Source: an uncultured Myxococcales bacterium
Lineage (GTDB): Bacteria > Myxococcota_A > Polyangia > Polyangiales > Houyiibacteriaceae
Assembly (NCBI GenBank): GCA_965601515.1
Contig: CBFCWN010000004.1
Coordinates: forward strand, 8,497 to 72,496
Direction: 5' to 3'
Length of the DNA: 64,000 bases
The notes beneath the pieces were generated by a model. That model worked only from the letters and a program-made list of their open reading frames with translations. It ran no database searches and was not told where the DNA came from. Below are positions 8,806-17,152 of the stretch, piece after piece. The position numbers were made by a program, and so were the translations under genes. Position 1 is the stretch's first letter. Each line of letters begins with the position of its first letter.

Positions 8806-8856
8806 TTATTTCAAGCTCGGCGGAATCTAGCGTTACCGCCGAGCCCTGTCAACGAA

Positions 8857-10182
8857 CTATCCTACATATACCCACACGAACACTTGATACGCATCGGCCC
8901 AGGGCCCGGCGCCGGGTACCCAGGGCCCGAGGGACAGCTCGCCACTCGATCCAAAGCACAATGATTTCAAGGAGGAGGCCGGTTCCGTCACTCGCTGGAA
9001 CCCCGGAAGGCTCAACGCCGTGGCCACCTCGGACCCCTCTTCGCGCAGGGGCGAGCAGACCGCGTAGACCAGCGAGCCGCCCCGACGTACCATCGATGCC
9101 GCGTTGTGCAAGATCCGACGCTGCGTTTCACCCATCTGGGCCGCGGATTGCTGCGAACTGCGCAGTAAAATTTCAGGCCTACGGCGCAACGTGCCGAGAC
9201 CCGTGCATGGCGCGTCGACGAGCACCGCATCGAACTCGCCCGCAACGGTCCCTGAACCCACCGACCAATCCACACATGCCGTCTCGAGGCTCTCTGCTCC
9301 GAGCCGAAGTCGCTCGAGCTCTCCCGCGATTTGCTCGAGACGGTGCTCGTGGAGATCGGTCGCCACGATTCGGCCGCCTGGCCGGACGGCCTCGACGAGC
9401 TGCGCGGTCTTCCCGCCACGGCCTGCGCAGACGTCGAGCGCGCGCTGCCCCGCGACGACGTCGGGCAGCAGGCCGATGAGTTGGGCCCCCTCTTCTTGGA
9501 CCGCGAACGCGCCCTCGAGATACCCGGGCAGCTCACGCGGGTCGCCTGCGCCCGCCACTCGGAGTCCGAGCGGTGAAAGCTCCGTGTGCACGACGCGAGC
9601 GTGTGGACGCGCGTCTCGAATCGCCTGCGCGACGGTCTCACGATCGATGTTGCGCTTTACCCGCAGGTCGATCGAAGGAAGCTCTGAATCGACCTCGAGC
9701 AAAGCCTCGGTCCGGTCGGCCCCGAGCGATTCGACCAGCTGTGACCTCAGCCACGGAGCGACCGATACATGAGTCGGCGGCTCGGGCGCGTCGGGTCGGT
9801 CGGTCGCCACCTTTCGAAGAATCGCGTTGACGAAACCGGCCACGCGCTTCCCGCGCTTGTCTCGAACGAGCTGCACCGAGTCGTGGACGACGGCATGAGG
9901 CGGCACACGGCCGAGGTGCAGCAGCTGATACACGCCCGCGCGCAGCACGGCACCGACCCAATCGTCGACCTTCACGGGTCGGGCGGCATAGCGCTGCACC
10001 GCCGCGTCGAGGTCTGGCAACACGCGCAGCGCGCCGTATACGATTTGGGTGGCAAGGGCAGCGTCTGCGCGACTTGCACCGGTTCGTCGGAGCTCCGCGT
10101 CGAGGGTCGGGGAGGCCCATGCGCCATCGTGCGCCACCCGATAAAGGACGTGCACCCCGATCCGTCGTGCCTCGGCAACCAC
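8857..10182 (-). CDS. rsmB: 16S rRNA (cytosine967-C5)-methyltransferase RsmB/Sun
   Basis: NusB-like N-terminus plus a SAM methyltransferase domain (DVCAGRGGKTAQL, VLVDAPCTGLGTLRRRPE, LVYAVCS). GTG start. Confidence 0.85.
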   Translation of the reverse strand: MVAEARRIGVHVLYRVAHDGAWASPTLDAELRRTGASRADAALATQIVYGALRVLPDLDAAVQRYAARPVKVDDWVGAVLRAGVYQLLHLGRVPPHAVVHDSVQLVRDKRGKRVAGFVNAILRKVATDRPDAPEPPTHVSVAPWLRSQLVESLGADRTEALLEVDSELPSIDLRVKRNIDRETVAQAIRDARPHARVVHTELSPLGLRVAGAGDPRELPGYLEGAFAVQEEGAQLIGLLPDVVAGQRALDVCAGRGGKTAQLVEAVRPGGRIVATDLHEHRLEQIAGELERLRLGAESLETACVDWSVGSGTVAGEFDAVLVDAPCTGLGTLRRRPEILLRSSQQSAAQMGETQRRILHNAASMVRRGGSLVYAVCSPLREEGSEVATALSLPGFQRVTEPASSLKSLCFGSSGELSLGPWVPGAGPWADAYQVFVWVYVG

Positions 10183-10298
10183 CGCCGAAGCTTACTCGCG
10201 CTTGGTAGGCAGGCACGGAGATTGGAGACGCTCGAAGCCGCGTGATACCGTGGATCCGTGCACGCGCACGTCGGGGCAAGTAAGAACGGGGTTGGGGC

Positions 10299-11171
10299 AT
10301 GAGCGCGCTGGTGCTCGTTGCCGACCCGGATCCGTTCAACCTTCGCCTTCTGCACGAAGCGTGTGAGGCGGCAGGGTACGACGTGACGACCGCCGCCGAC
10401 GGGCCGGACGTCCTCGCCATGGTCGCCCGCCAGCCGCCGGACCTTCTGGTTCTCGACGCCAAGATGAGCGAGATCGACGCGTTCGAAATCCTCCGTATCC
10501 TCAAAGCCGACCCTGGCCTCTCGAGCATCCCGGTTCTGCTGGTGAGCGACGAGAACGATCACGACGCGCGTCGTCGCGGCATCGAGCTCGGCGCAGAGGA
10601 CACGCTCACGAGGCCCTACCGGGTCTTCGAGATTCAGCAACGCGTTCGGAACGTCCTTCGCGCAACGCGACGTGACCGGCTGGGCATCCCCGAGAGCGCC
10701 CCCCCTGCCGATCAGCGCGACCCGGTGACGGGTGCGGGGACACCTTCGCAGCTTCTGATCAGTCTCGACTACGAACACACCCGAGCGACACGTTACGGCC
10801 ATCCTCTCACGTGCATGGTCGTTCGCGTGACCAACGCGGAGGCTCTCGCAGCTGCGGGCGCCGACGGGACCGCGGACCGAGCCATGGCGCTCATCGGCTC
10901 CGGGCTGAAGGGGTGCATCCGCGCCGTCGACCACCTGTTCCGGCTGCGTCGTGACGAGTTTTGCATTCTGCTTCCGGAGACCGACGGAACGGGCGCCGGG
11001 TATGTTTTCCGCCGCCTCGAGAGTCAGGCGCAGAGCGGTGAGCTTTGGCGCGAAGATCTGGACCCCGCACCTTCGGTCGACATCAGTTCGGTCAGCACCC
11101 CCGAGACCAGCGTGAAGAGCGGAGACGACCTCCTCAAGAAGACTCGGCACGCACTTCCGCGTCGCGACTAA
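10299..11171 (+). CDS. response regulator with a degenerate GGDEF domain (RRDEF instead of GGDEF, RxxD I-site retained)
   Basis: Receiver domain (LVLVADPD ... LLVLDAKM). GGDEF fold with RAVDHLFRLRRDEFCILL. Confidence 0.8.
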   Translation: MSALVLVADPDPFNLRLLHEACEAAGYDVTTAADGPDVLAMVARQPPDLLVLDAKMSEIDAFEILRILKADPGLSSIPVLLVSDENDHDARRRGIELGAEDTLTRPYRVFEIQQRVRNVLRATRRDRLGIPESAPPADQRDPVTGAGTPSQLLISLDYEHTRATRYGHPLTCMVVRVTNAEALAAAGADGTADRAMALIGSGLKGCIRAVDHLFRLRRDEFCILLPETDGTGAGYVFRRLESQAQSGELWREDLDPAPSVDISSVSTPETSVKSGDDLLKKTRHALPRRD

Positions 11172-11599
11172 ATCGACTCGGCGAGCCGGGCGATCCACAC
11201 GACCACCGCGCAGCCAGCCACCGCCAGTGACCACCGGCCGACGGCGAACCGATCGAACGCTTCGCCCAAGGACCATCCGCGTACCGCGCCAACGACCGCG
11301 AGTGGAATTGCGGCGCACACGACCGCGAACATGGCGAGCCCGAGGGGGTTGGCGGAAAACGCGAGCGACCAATCCCCTCGTATCGCGTGCGAAAACGCGG
11401 TCGTGAGCCCGCATCCGGGGCATGCGAGGCCCGTGAGCCATCGAAACCCGCAAGGTGGCAAGCCGAGCTGCGCGTGCGTGCCGTAGCCGCGCGCATCGGG
11501 CTCGAGCCACGCAGCGAGCGCCAGGACCGCGATGCAGCTGGTCGCGAGAGCCATCCAAACGAGTGGCGTGGCCTGGGAGTGACGATGCTCAGCGCGCAT
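11168..11599 (-). CDS. DUF2752 family membrane protein
   Basis: Start set to ATG 11599. The motif CGFRWLTGLACPGCGLTTAF is typical of DUF2752. TM segments are present. The start lies 7 nt after the upstream stop codon. Confidence 0.7.
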   Translation of the reverse strand: MRAEHRHSQATPLVWMALATSCIAVLALAAWLEPDARGYGTHAQLGLPPCGFRWLTGLACPGCGLTTAFSHAIRGDWSLAFSANPLGLAMFAVVCAAIPLAVVGAVRGWSLGEAFDRFAVGRWSLAVAGCAVVVWIARLAESI

Positions 11600-12125
11600 G
11601 GGGCTCGCGCCAGTCTGGATTACGGCGGAGCTCTCCGTCAACGAAGTCGACACACGGGAGGTCGCAGTCGAGCGCAGCGATCTCCGCCTCGACGTCTGCC
11701 CCGATCGGGTTGTCGTTCCCGACAACATGGTCCGCGTAGTGCGCATGCAGACACTTCACGCCACCGGACGACCCGCCGACGCCACCGCTCGGCGCATGCG
11801 TGGCGCCCTCAGGCAGCGCCGCGTCGCGCTCGGCGGCGTACCGAGCGTGAACCTCACGCAGCTTGGCCGCGAACGCGGGGTCCGCATCGAGCCTCGCCTG
11901 CACTTCTCTCACCCCACCGCGGGCCTCGATCCTCGCGATGCGACGATGCGCGAGCGGACACGTGAGCCAGTAGCGCGTGGGAAACGGCTCTCCGCCGTCG
12001 AGCAGCGGCGGGACTTCGGCCACAATCGGAAGCTGGAGGTGACAGCGACGAAGCACGCGAGACTCGGCGCGCAGCGGCCGCCCGATTTGGAGAGCGAGGA
12101 CTTCGTTGTCTCGCGCCTGCGTCAT
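11589..12125 (-). CDS. DUF501 family protein
   Basis: Start set to ATG 12125 (MTQARDNEV). Motifs PTRYWLTCP and GGVKCLHAHYA. ATGA start/stop overlap with the upstream gene. Confidence 0.7.
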   Translation of the reverse strand: MTQARDNEVLALQIGRPLRAESRVLRRCHLQLPIVAEVPPLLDGGEPFPTRYWLTCPLAHRRIARIEARGGVREVQARLDADPAFAAKLREVHARYAAERDAALPEGATHAPSGGVGGSSGGVKCLHAHYADHVVGNDNPIGADVEAEIAALDCDLPCVDFVDGELRRNPDWREPHAR

Positions 12126-13156
12126 GAGACGCGCATGCGATCCTTGACCTCGGACCAGAAGTCCGACTCGCCCACGACCTCGACCATCATGACGGCCTCG
12201 GCCGCGGCTCGGTCCGCTCTCGACCCGGAACCCCGAAGCCGGGCGCAGATGTCTTCTGCGATCGCAAGTCGTGTCGCAAGCTCCGTGCGCGCGAGCGCGA
12301 AGTGGTACTCCTCCGCCCACTTGAGCGCCCAGACCTCATCCGCAATCCAGTCGCCGAAGACGTCGCGGCTCGTCTTGACGTTCGGGGACCTCGCTTCGGC
12401 ACGATCGAACGCGGCCTCCCAGGGGCGGCCCGGGGGTCTCGGGACGTGCCCGTTCTGCAAGGAGAGGATCGTATCGCCGACCCAGGCCATCGCGACCCCG
12501 AACTGCGAACCGTCGCGGGCGTCGATGAACTCGTCGGCCTGTTTTTCCCAGCTGCTTCCTCGAAGCTTCGGGAAAGGCTCGGCGTCGAGGATCTTCGCGA
12601 GCGACTCGCGGCCCTGGAGGCGCGCAAGAACCTTGGACTCGAGCGCCTCCCACTCGTCGAATTTGAGGTCTTTCTTCGAGGTGAGCGGGACGTGCTTGAT
12701 GTGGCGGTCGGCGTAGAGCCGCCCACCGTCCATGATCGAGGGCTCCGTCGCCGCGGGATCGATGTCCGGCCGGTCACCCATGGTGCGACACGGGCATCGG
12801 TGCTCCGTCGTGATTCGCCCCCCGGACGGCGTTCCGACGAGTCCGAGCGGAAAACGTTGGCACCCTTCGGGTTTCGCTTCGGGCCCTAGCTCGGCGTGGA
12901 CCGAGCAGCGCTGGTCGCTCATCAAGAAGACACACCCGCCGTCCGCCGCGGTGTTGAGCATGTAGTCGTCGTGGTCGTCGTTCCACCCTGCCGACTTCTT
13001 GTCGATGCGACGCATCTGCCGGCATTCCTTCTTCGTGAGGGGGCCGATCGCGTGGATATCCGTGCAGCAAAGCCCGTCGCCGAAACACGTGTATCGGGCG
13101 CCCGGTCGCGGCATTAGAGGTCGTAGTTTCGTCTTTTTCTTCTTGTTTCCAGCCAT
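12122..13156 (-). CDS. YkgJ/UPF0153-type cysteine-cluster protein (paralog 2)
   Basis: PGARYTCFGDGLCCTDIHAIGPL ... GGCVFLMSDQRCSVH ... CQRFP. Full-length paralog of 1599..2627. Confidence 0.75.
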   Translation of the reverse strand: MAGNKKKKTKLRPLMPRPGARYTCFGDGLCCTDIHAIGPLTKKECRQMRRIDKKSAGWNDDHDDYMLNTAADGGCVFLMSDQRCSVHAELGPEAKPEGCQRFPLGLVGTPSGGRITTEHRCPCRTMGDRPDIDPAATEPSIMDGGRLYADRHIKHVPLTSKKDLKFDEWEALESKVLARLQGRESLAKILDAEPFPKLRGSSWEKQADEFIDARDGSQFGVAMAWVGDTILSLQNGHVPRPPGRPWEAAFDRAEARSPNVKTSRDVFGDWIADEVWALKWAEEYHFALARTELATRLAIAEDICARLRGSGSRADRAAAEAVMMVEVVGESDFWSEVKDRMRVS

Positions 13157-13226
13157 GCGCCAGCGTGTGCTTCCTCTACCCTCGGAAAAAGGGGTCGCGC
13201 CCCTCTTTCTGGGATATGATCTCTAG

Positions 13227-13757
13227 ATGGCAGCGAGTCCTTCACCGCTCGTGGGGTACAACACGAACGTGCGCCATAAGGGAAAGCTGTATCACATTCA
13301 AACCGAGGATTCGGGTGTGAAGCGGCCGCACATCATCACGCAGCTTTTCGCGGATGGTGGACGAATCCTCGCGTCCGAAAAAACTTCGTACGAAGAACAC
13401 CTCGGCGCGGACAATCTCGCCACGGTCGTCAAGAAGCTGATGCAGGAGCAGCACAAGCGCGTGTTCATCGGGCTTCGCGACGGTGTGTACGACGACGAAC
13501 CGAAGCCGAGCACCGAACAAGGCGCGTCTCCGGCGGCGGCGGTCTCTGACGAAGTCACCACCGAAGTGCTGGAGCACGCGGCCGCGCGCCTGGTCGAAGG
13601 ATCGCCTACCTACGAGCAGATCGAGACCGGCAGCGGTTCCCACAGGCGCGTCTCGCAGTCGCCGCCCGCCCCGTTTGGTCACGAAGTCTTGACCGAAAAG
13701 ACGCTGGACGAAGTGATTCTCGCCTACCTCGCTCAGGATCTCGAGACGGGCACCTGA
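13227..13757 (+). CDS. conserved hypothetical protein
   Basis: ATG start with coding-like composition. N-terminal region GKLYHIQTEDSGVKRPHIITQLFADGGRIL. No family that I can name with confidence. Confidence 0.55.
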   Translation: MAASPSPLVGYNTNVRHKGKLYHIQTEDSGVKRPHIITQLFADGGRILASEKTSYEEHLGADNLATVVKKLMQEQHKRVFIGLRDGVYDDEPKPSTEQGASPAAAVSDEVTTEVLEHAAARLVEGSPTYEQIETGSGSHRRVSQSPPAPFGHEVLTEKTLDEVILAYLAQDLETGT

Positions 13758-13776
13758 GGCGCTGCTTGACACCGGA

Positions 13777-14130
13777 TTGGGCGCATTGTTAGCTCCCGAT
13801 CCGCCAATGCCAGACGCCCAGACTTCGTTTACCAAGGACATTCCTCAGTCGATCGCGAACGACGTCGACAAGGCTCGGGCGGTCGATGCGGTCTTCCTAT
13901 TCAAGGTCAACGGCGAAGGCGGCGGCGTGTGGACCGTGAACATGAAAGACACGCCCGGTGTGGTCGTAGGCGACGAGGGCAACGCGGAGTGCATCATCGA
14001 GCTTTCGACGCACGACTGGAAGGCCATGACCGACAAACCGGGCTCCGCGATGCAGTTCTTCATGCAGGGCAAAATCAAGGTCACGGGCAACGCCCTACTC
14101 GCCACGAAGCTTCAGTCGGTCATCGGGTAG
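13777..14130 (+). CDS. SCP2 sterol-carrier-like domain protein
   Basis: VFLFKVNGEGGGVWTVNMKD ... MQFFMQGKIKVTGNALLATKL matches the SCP-2 fold. The start is uncertain (TTG 13777 or ATG 13807). Confidence 0.75.
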   Translation: MGALLAPDPPMPDAQTSFTKDIPQSIANDVDKARAVDAVFLFKVNGEGGGVWTVNMKDTPGVVVGDEGNAECIIELSTHDWKAMTDKPGSAMQFFMQGKIKVTGNALLATKLQSVIG

Positions 14131-14142
14131 GATCGGCGCGTC

Positions 14143-14436
14143 GTGGGCTCGCTAAGGGAGCGCCTCCTGAAGGCCATGCAGGACCCTCGGGTGGCGGCGC
14201 TGCTTCAGGATCCACGGGTCCAAACGGCGCTGTTCCGAGCACTTCGCTTTCGAGGCCGAGTGGAAGGCGCACTCAACCGCCGTCTGGATCGAACGGCAGC
14301 TCGACTCAACCTCGCCACTCAAAAGGACGTGCGCGCGCTCCAACGCCGCATTCGACAACTCGAGCGCGACCTGCGCGAAGCCCAAGAGCAACTCAGCGAC
14401 GACCCAGATAGTCCAGAAGCTCTGGGCCGTAGTTGA
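14143..14436 (+). CDS. small coiled-coil protein (phasin-like heptad region), function unknown
   Basis: 97-aa ORF with a GTG start and a helical Arg/Leu/Gln-rich sequence (QKDVRALQRRIRQLERDLREAQEQL). Its 3' end overlaps the convergent gene by 44 nt. Confidence 0.5.
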   Translation: MGSLRERLLKAMQDPRVAALLQDPRVQTALFRALRFRGRVEGALNRRLDRTAARLNLATQKDVRALQRRIRQLERDLREAQEQLSDDPDSPEALGRS

Positions 14437-14890
14437 GGCCGAAATAGATGAACGCGACGATCGGCACGACGATGCTTGCGATCGCGATTCCGAACCCGAG
14501 CGATACGACGAGGTAGTCGCCGAACGTGGCCTTCGCTCCCGGGGACTCGTGCTCTCGGATCAGCTCGAGATTTCGACGGTTCGCTTTGTAGGCGACGTCG
14601 AAGATGTCTCCGACGATCGGCAGTGAACCGAATACCGCGTCGACGAGGATGTTGAGGATCATCCGCCACAGGACGACGCGCGGCACGCCTCGCCGAAACG
14701 CCAGCGCGAGAAGTCCGATCGAGCCGCTTCCGGAAACCGCGTCGCCGATGCCGGGGAACAAGAGACCGATGATCGGATCGAGACCGAAGCGAACGTTGGT
14801 GCCGGGGATCCGAAAGCGGTCGTCCAGCAGAGTCACCACGTGCTCCGCCCAACGCCGCAGCTTGGACGTCCCATCCGCCGACTCAGCCAT
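14393..14890 (-). CDS. DUF4112 family membrane protein
   Basis: DDRFRIPGTNVRFGLDPIIGLLFPGIGD motif plus TM segments. Confidence 0.75.
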   Translation of the reverse strand: MAESADGTSKLRRWAEHVVTLLDDRFRIPGTNVRFGLDPIIGLLFPGIGDAVSGSGSIGLLALAFRRGVPRVVLWRMILNILVDAVFGSLPIVGDIFDVAYKANRRNLELIREHESPGAKATFGDYLVVSLGFGIAIASIVVPIVAFIYFGLNYGPELLDYLGRR

Positions 14891-14911
14891 GGCGAACTGT
14901 AGCGCGAGGAC

Positions 14912-16228
14912 CTACTCGGCCGCGAGCACCTGATCGCCGCACACCTCACCGAGGACCGTGCGAAGCCGCCCGCGGAGGTTCGATCCCTTCTCGAGGAAGT
15001 GATGAATCCCGAGCTGATGGAGCAGCTGAACGTCGTGTTCCTGCGCGCCGGCGCTGACCGAGACGATCGAGCAGGCCTCGGCGAGCCCCTCACCGCGGAG
15101 CTGCATGCACACCTCGACCCCGTTCATGCGCGGCATGTGCAGGTCGAGCAGCATGACGTCTGGCTCGTCACTTTGAACCTCTCGAAGCGCGGCCTCGCCG
15201 TCGTGGGCAACGCGAACGTTGGCGCCCGGAACGATCTGCCGAACGTAGAACGTCAGAATCTTCGCGAGGTCGACGTCGTCGTCGACGATCAACACCGAAA
15301 TCGGCGCGGCCTCGGGACTTGCGGAAGCCTCGCTGACCGCTCGACGCTCCTTCACGGCTCGAAGCTGCCAGGCCGCAGCCTCGGCGCTCTGCACCCGAAG
15401 CCGAGGATCGGGGTTGAGCATCTCTTGTATGGCTTGTGCGAGTGCCGGAGGGCAATCAGGACGCACCTCCTGCAGCGGTCGTGGTTCGCCGTCGGAATGC
15501 GATTTGATGACCTCGCGGATCGTCATGCCGGCAAACGGTCGGAACCCCGTCATGAGCTCGTAGGCAACAACCCCGAGGCCGAAGATGTCGACGAGGTGCC
15601 CGCTGCCCGGCTCCGCGACGTTGAGCAACGCCTCCGGCGCCATGTACGGAGGCGAACCCGCAACGCGCTGCTGACCGTTGACATCGAACTGAGGAAGCAC
15701 CAGCCCGAAGTCCATCAGCACGACGCGCTGCGCGGGCGTCAGCATGATGTTGTCCGGCTTGATGTCCCGGTGGACGAGTCCGGCGCGATGCACGACGCTG
15801 AGCCCTTCGGCCGCAGGGAGGACGAGCTCGATCACCTCGGCAGCGCTGAAGCGCTCGCCGCCATCGAAGCGGGTGGACGCATGCTGCGTGAGCGACACTC
15901 CGTAGATTCGTTCCATCACGAGGTAGTCGATCCCGCGATGCTCACCGAGCGTGTAGACGCCCACGAGGCTACGGTGCTGGAAGGCCGCGAGCGCCCGCGC
16001 CTCGTTCCGGAGCGGAGGGCTCAGCGGATTGGGCCACGCAGCCTTGATCGCCACGCGTCGGTTGAGCAGGTGATCGTGCGCTTCGAACACCTGACCCATT
16101 CCGCCCCGACCGAGCAGCTGCATGATCTCGTAAACGCCATCGAGCAGCTCACCGGTGGCGAAGATTCGGTTTTCGTCGCCAAACGGCGGCTCGCTCGCTG
16201 CGACGGCCTGTCCCCCCAAATCCCTCAT
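14912..16228 (-). CDS. Ser/Thr protein kinase fused to a C-terminal receiver domain
   Basis: Kinase motifs GRGGMGQVFEA, VAIK, HRDIKPDN, DFG, APE. C-terminal REC (VLIVDDD ... VMLLDLHMPRMNG ... FLEKGS). Confidence 0.85.
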   Translation of the reverse strand: MRDLGGQAVAASEPPFGDENRIFATGELLDGVYEIMQLLGRGGMGQVFEAHDHLLNRRVAIKAAWPNPLSPPLRNEARALAAFQHRSLVGVYTLGEHRGIDYLVMERIYGVSLTQHASTRFDGGERFSAAEVIELVLPAAEGLSVVHRAGLVHRDIKPDNIMLTPAQRVVLMDFGLVLPQFDVNGQQRVAGSPPYMAPEALLNVAEPGSGHLVDIFGLGVVAYELMTGFRPFAGMTIREVIKSHSDGEPRPLQEVRPDCPPALAQAIQEMLNPDPRLRVQSAEAAAWQLRAVKERRAVSEASASPEAAPISVLIVDDDVDLAKILTFYVRQIVPGANVRVAHDGEAALREVQSDEPDVMLLDLHMPRMNGVEVCMQLRGEGLAEACSIVSVSAGAQEHDVQLLHQLGIHHFLEKGSNLRGRLRTVLGEVCGDQVLAAE

Positions 16229-16230
16229 AA

Positions 16231-16260
16231 CGGTATTTACACATTATCTTGTAAATACTG
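16231..16260. promoter_or_regulatory. AT-rich inverted repeat GTATTTACA-N8-TGTAAATAC (9-bp perfect arms at 16233..16241 and 16250..16258)
   Basis: Seen directly. It lies between the murI stop (16273) and the kinase start (16228), and ends 2 nt before the kinase ATG. Confidence 0.5.
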
Positions 16261-16272
16261 TAATCTGCAACC

Positions 16273-17073
16273 TCAGAGATCGATGGCATGAACCTCGAGC
16301 TCGTCGACCGATTTCCCGAGGAATCTCGTCGCTGAGGACGCGAATTGCCCGGGCATGTCGGTCACGAGAATACGCAGGTCACCCTCGTCTCGGCTTCCGG
16401 GCGGAAGCGACGGGTCGCGCAGCGCGGCGGCGGTCGCTTCGGCGCTGTCGACGATGACGACCTCGTGTCCGAGAAGCTCGGCGGCCACATCGTGGATCGT
16501 CTCGTTCAGCAGGGGATAGTGCGTGCACCCAAGAACGATGGTGTCGACGTCGACCTCGATGAGCGGCTCGAGATAGCGAGTGGCGGCAAGCCTTGGGACC
16601 TCGCCGTGCACCCACCCCTCTTCGGCCAACGGAACGAACAGGGGCGCAGCGTGCGCAAACACCTGAACCTCAGGGTTTTCTGCGTGAATCGCCCGCTCGT
16701 AGGCGCCAGAGGCGACCGTGCCCGCCGTCGCCAGCACGCCGATCCGGCCGCTCCGCGTGGAGGCGACCCCTGCGCGCGCGCCGGGTTCGATCACCCCGAG
16801 CACCGGAATGTCGAGCTCCTGACGGAGCGGCTCGAGCGCCACCCCGCTCGCGGTATTGCAGGCAACCACCAGCTGCTTGATGTCGTAGGCGAGAAGGCGT
16901 TCCGCACAGCCGAGCGCGTACTTCACCACGGTCTCGGCGCTTCGTGTGCCGTAGGGCACCCGTGCGGTGTCACCGAGGTAGACCAAATGTTCCGACGGAA
17001 GCGCGGCACGGACGGCTCGCGCGACGGTCAGCCCACCCAACCCGGAATCGAAGATGCCAATCGGCTTTTCCAC
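16273..17073 (-). CDS. murI: glutamate racemase
   Basis: IGIFDSGLGGLTV, VVACNTAS and LGCTHYPLL. I trimmed the start to GTG 17073 to remove overlap with the divergent gene, so the exact start is uncertain. Confidence 0.85.
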   Translation of the reverse strand: MEKPIGIFDSGLGGLTVARAVRAALPSEHLVYLGDTARVPYGTRSAETVVKYALGCAERLLAYDIKQLVVACNTASGVALEPLRQELDIPVLGVIEPGARAGVASTRSGRIGVLATAGTVASGAYERAIHAENPEVQVFAHAAPLFVPLAEEGWVHGEVPRLAATRYLEPLIEVDVDTIVLGCTHYPLLNETIHDVAAELLGHEVVIVDSAEATAAALRDPSLPPGSRDEGDLRILVTDMPGQFASSATRFLGKSVDELEVHAIDL

Positions 17074-17152
17074 GTGGCCTGCGAGCGGCAACGTGTCACA
17101 CCCCTCCCGAAAGAGCCACCTGTTGGGTGGTCTCTGATAGGCTCGCACAGAG

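Noticed and set aside
14999-16291. A 430-aa plus-strand ORF antisense to the Ser/Thr kinase-REC gene. Similar long antisense ORFs occur at 9972..11558(-), 34155..35633(+), 35551..37155(+), 50941..52635(+), 53465..54622(+), 11598..12716(+) and 27733..28377(+).
   Set aside because: All of them lie opposite, or out of frame to, genes with strong family signatures, and their translations are dominated by Arg, Ala, Gly and Pro. I treated them as GC-content artefacts.
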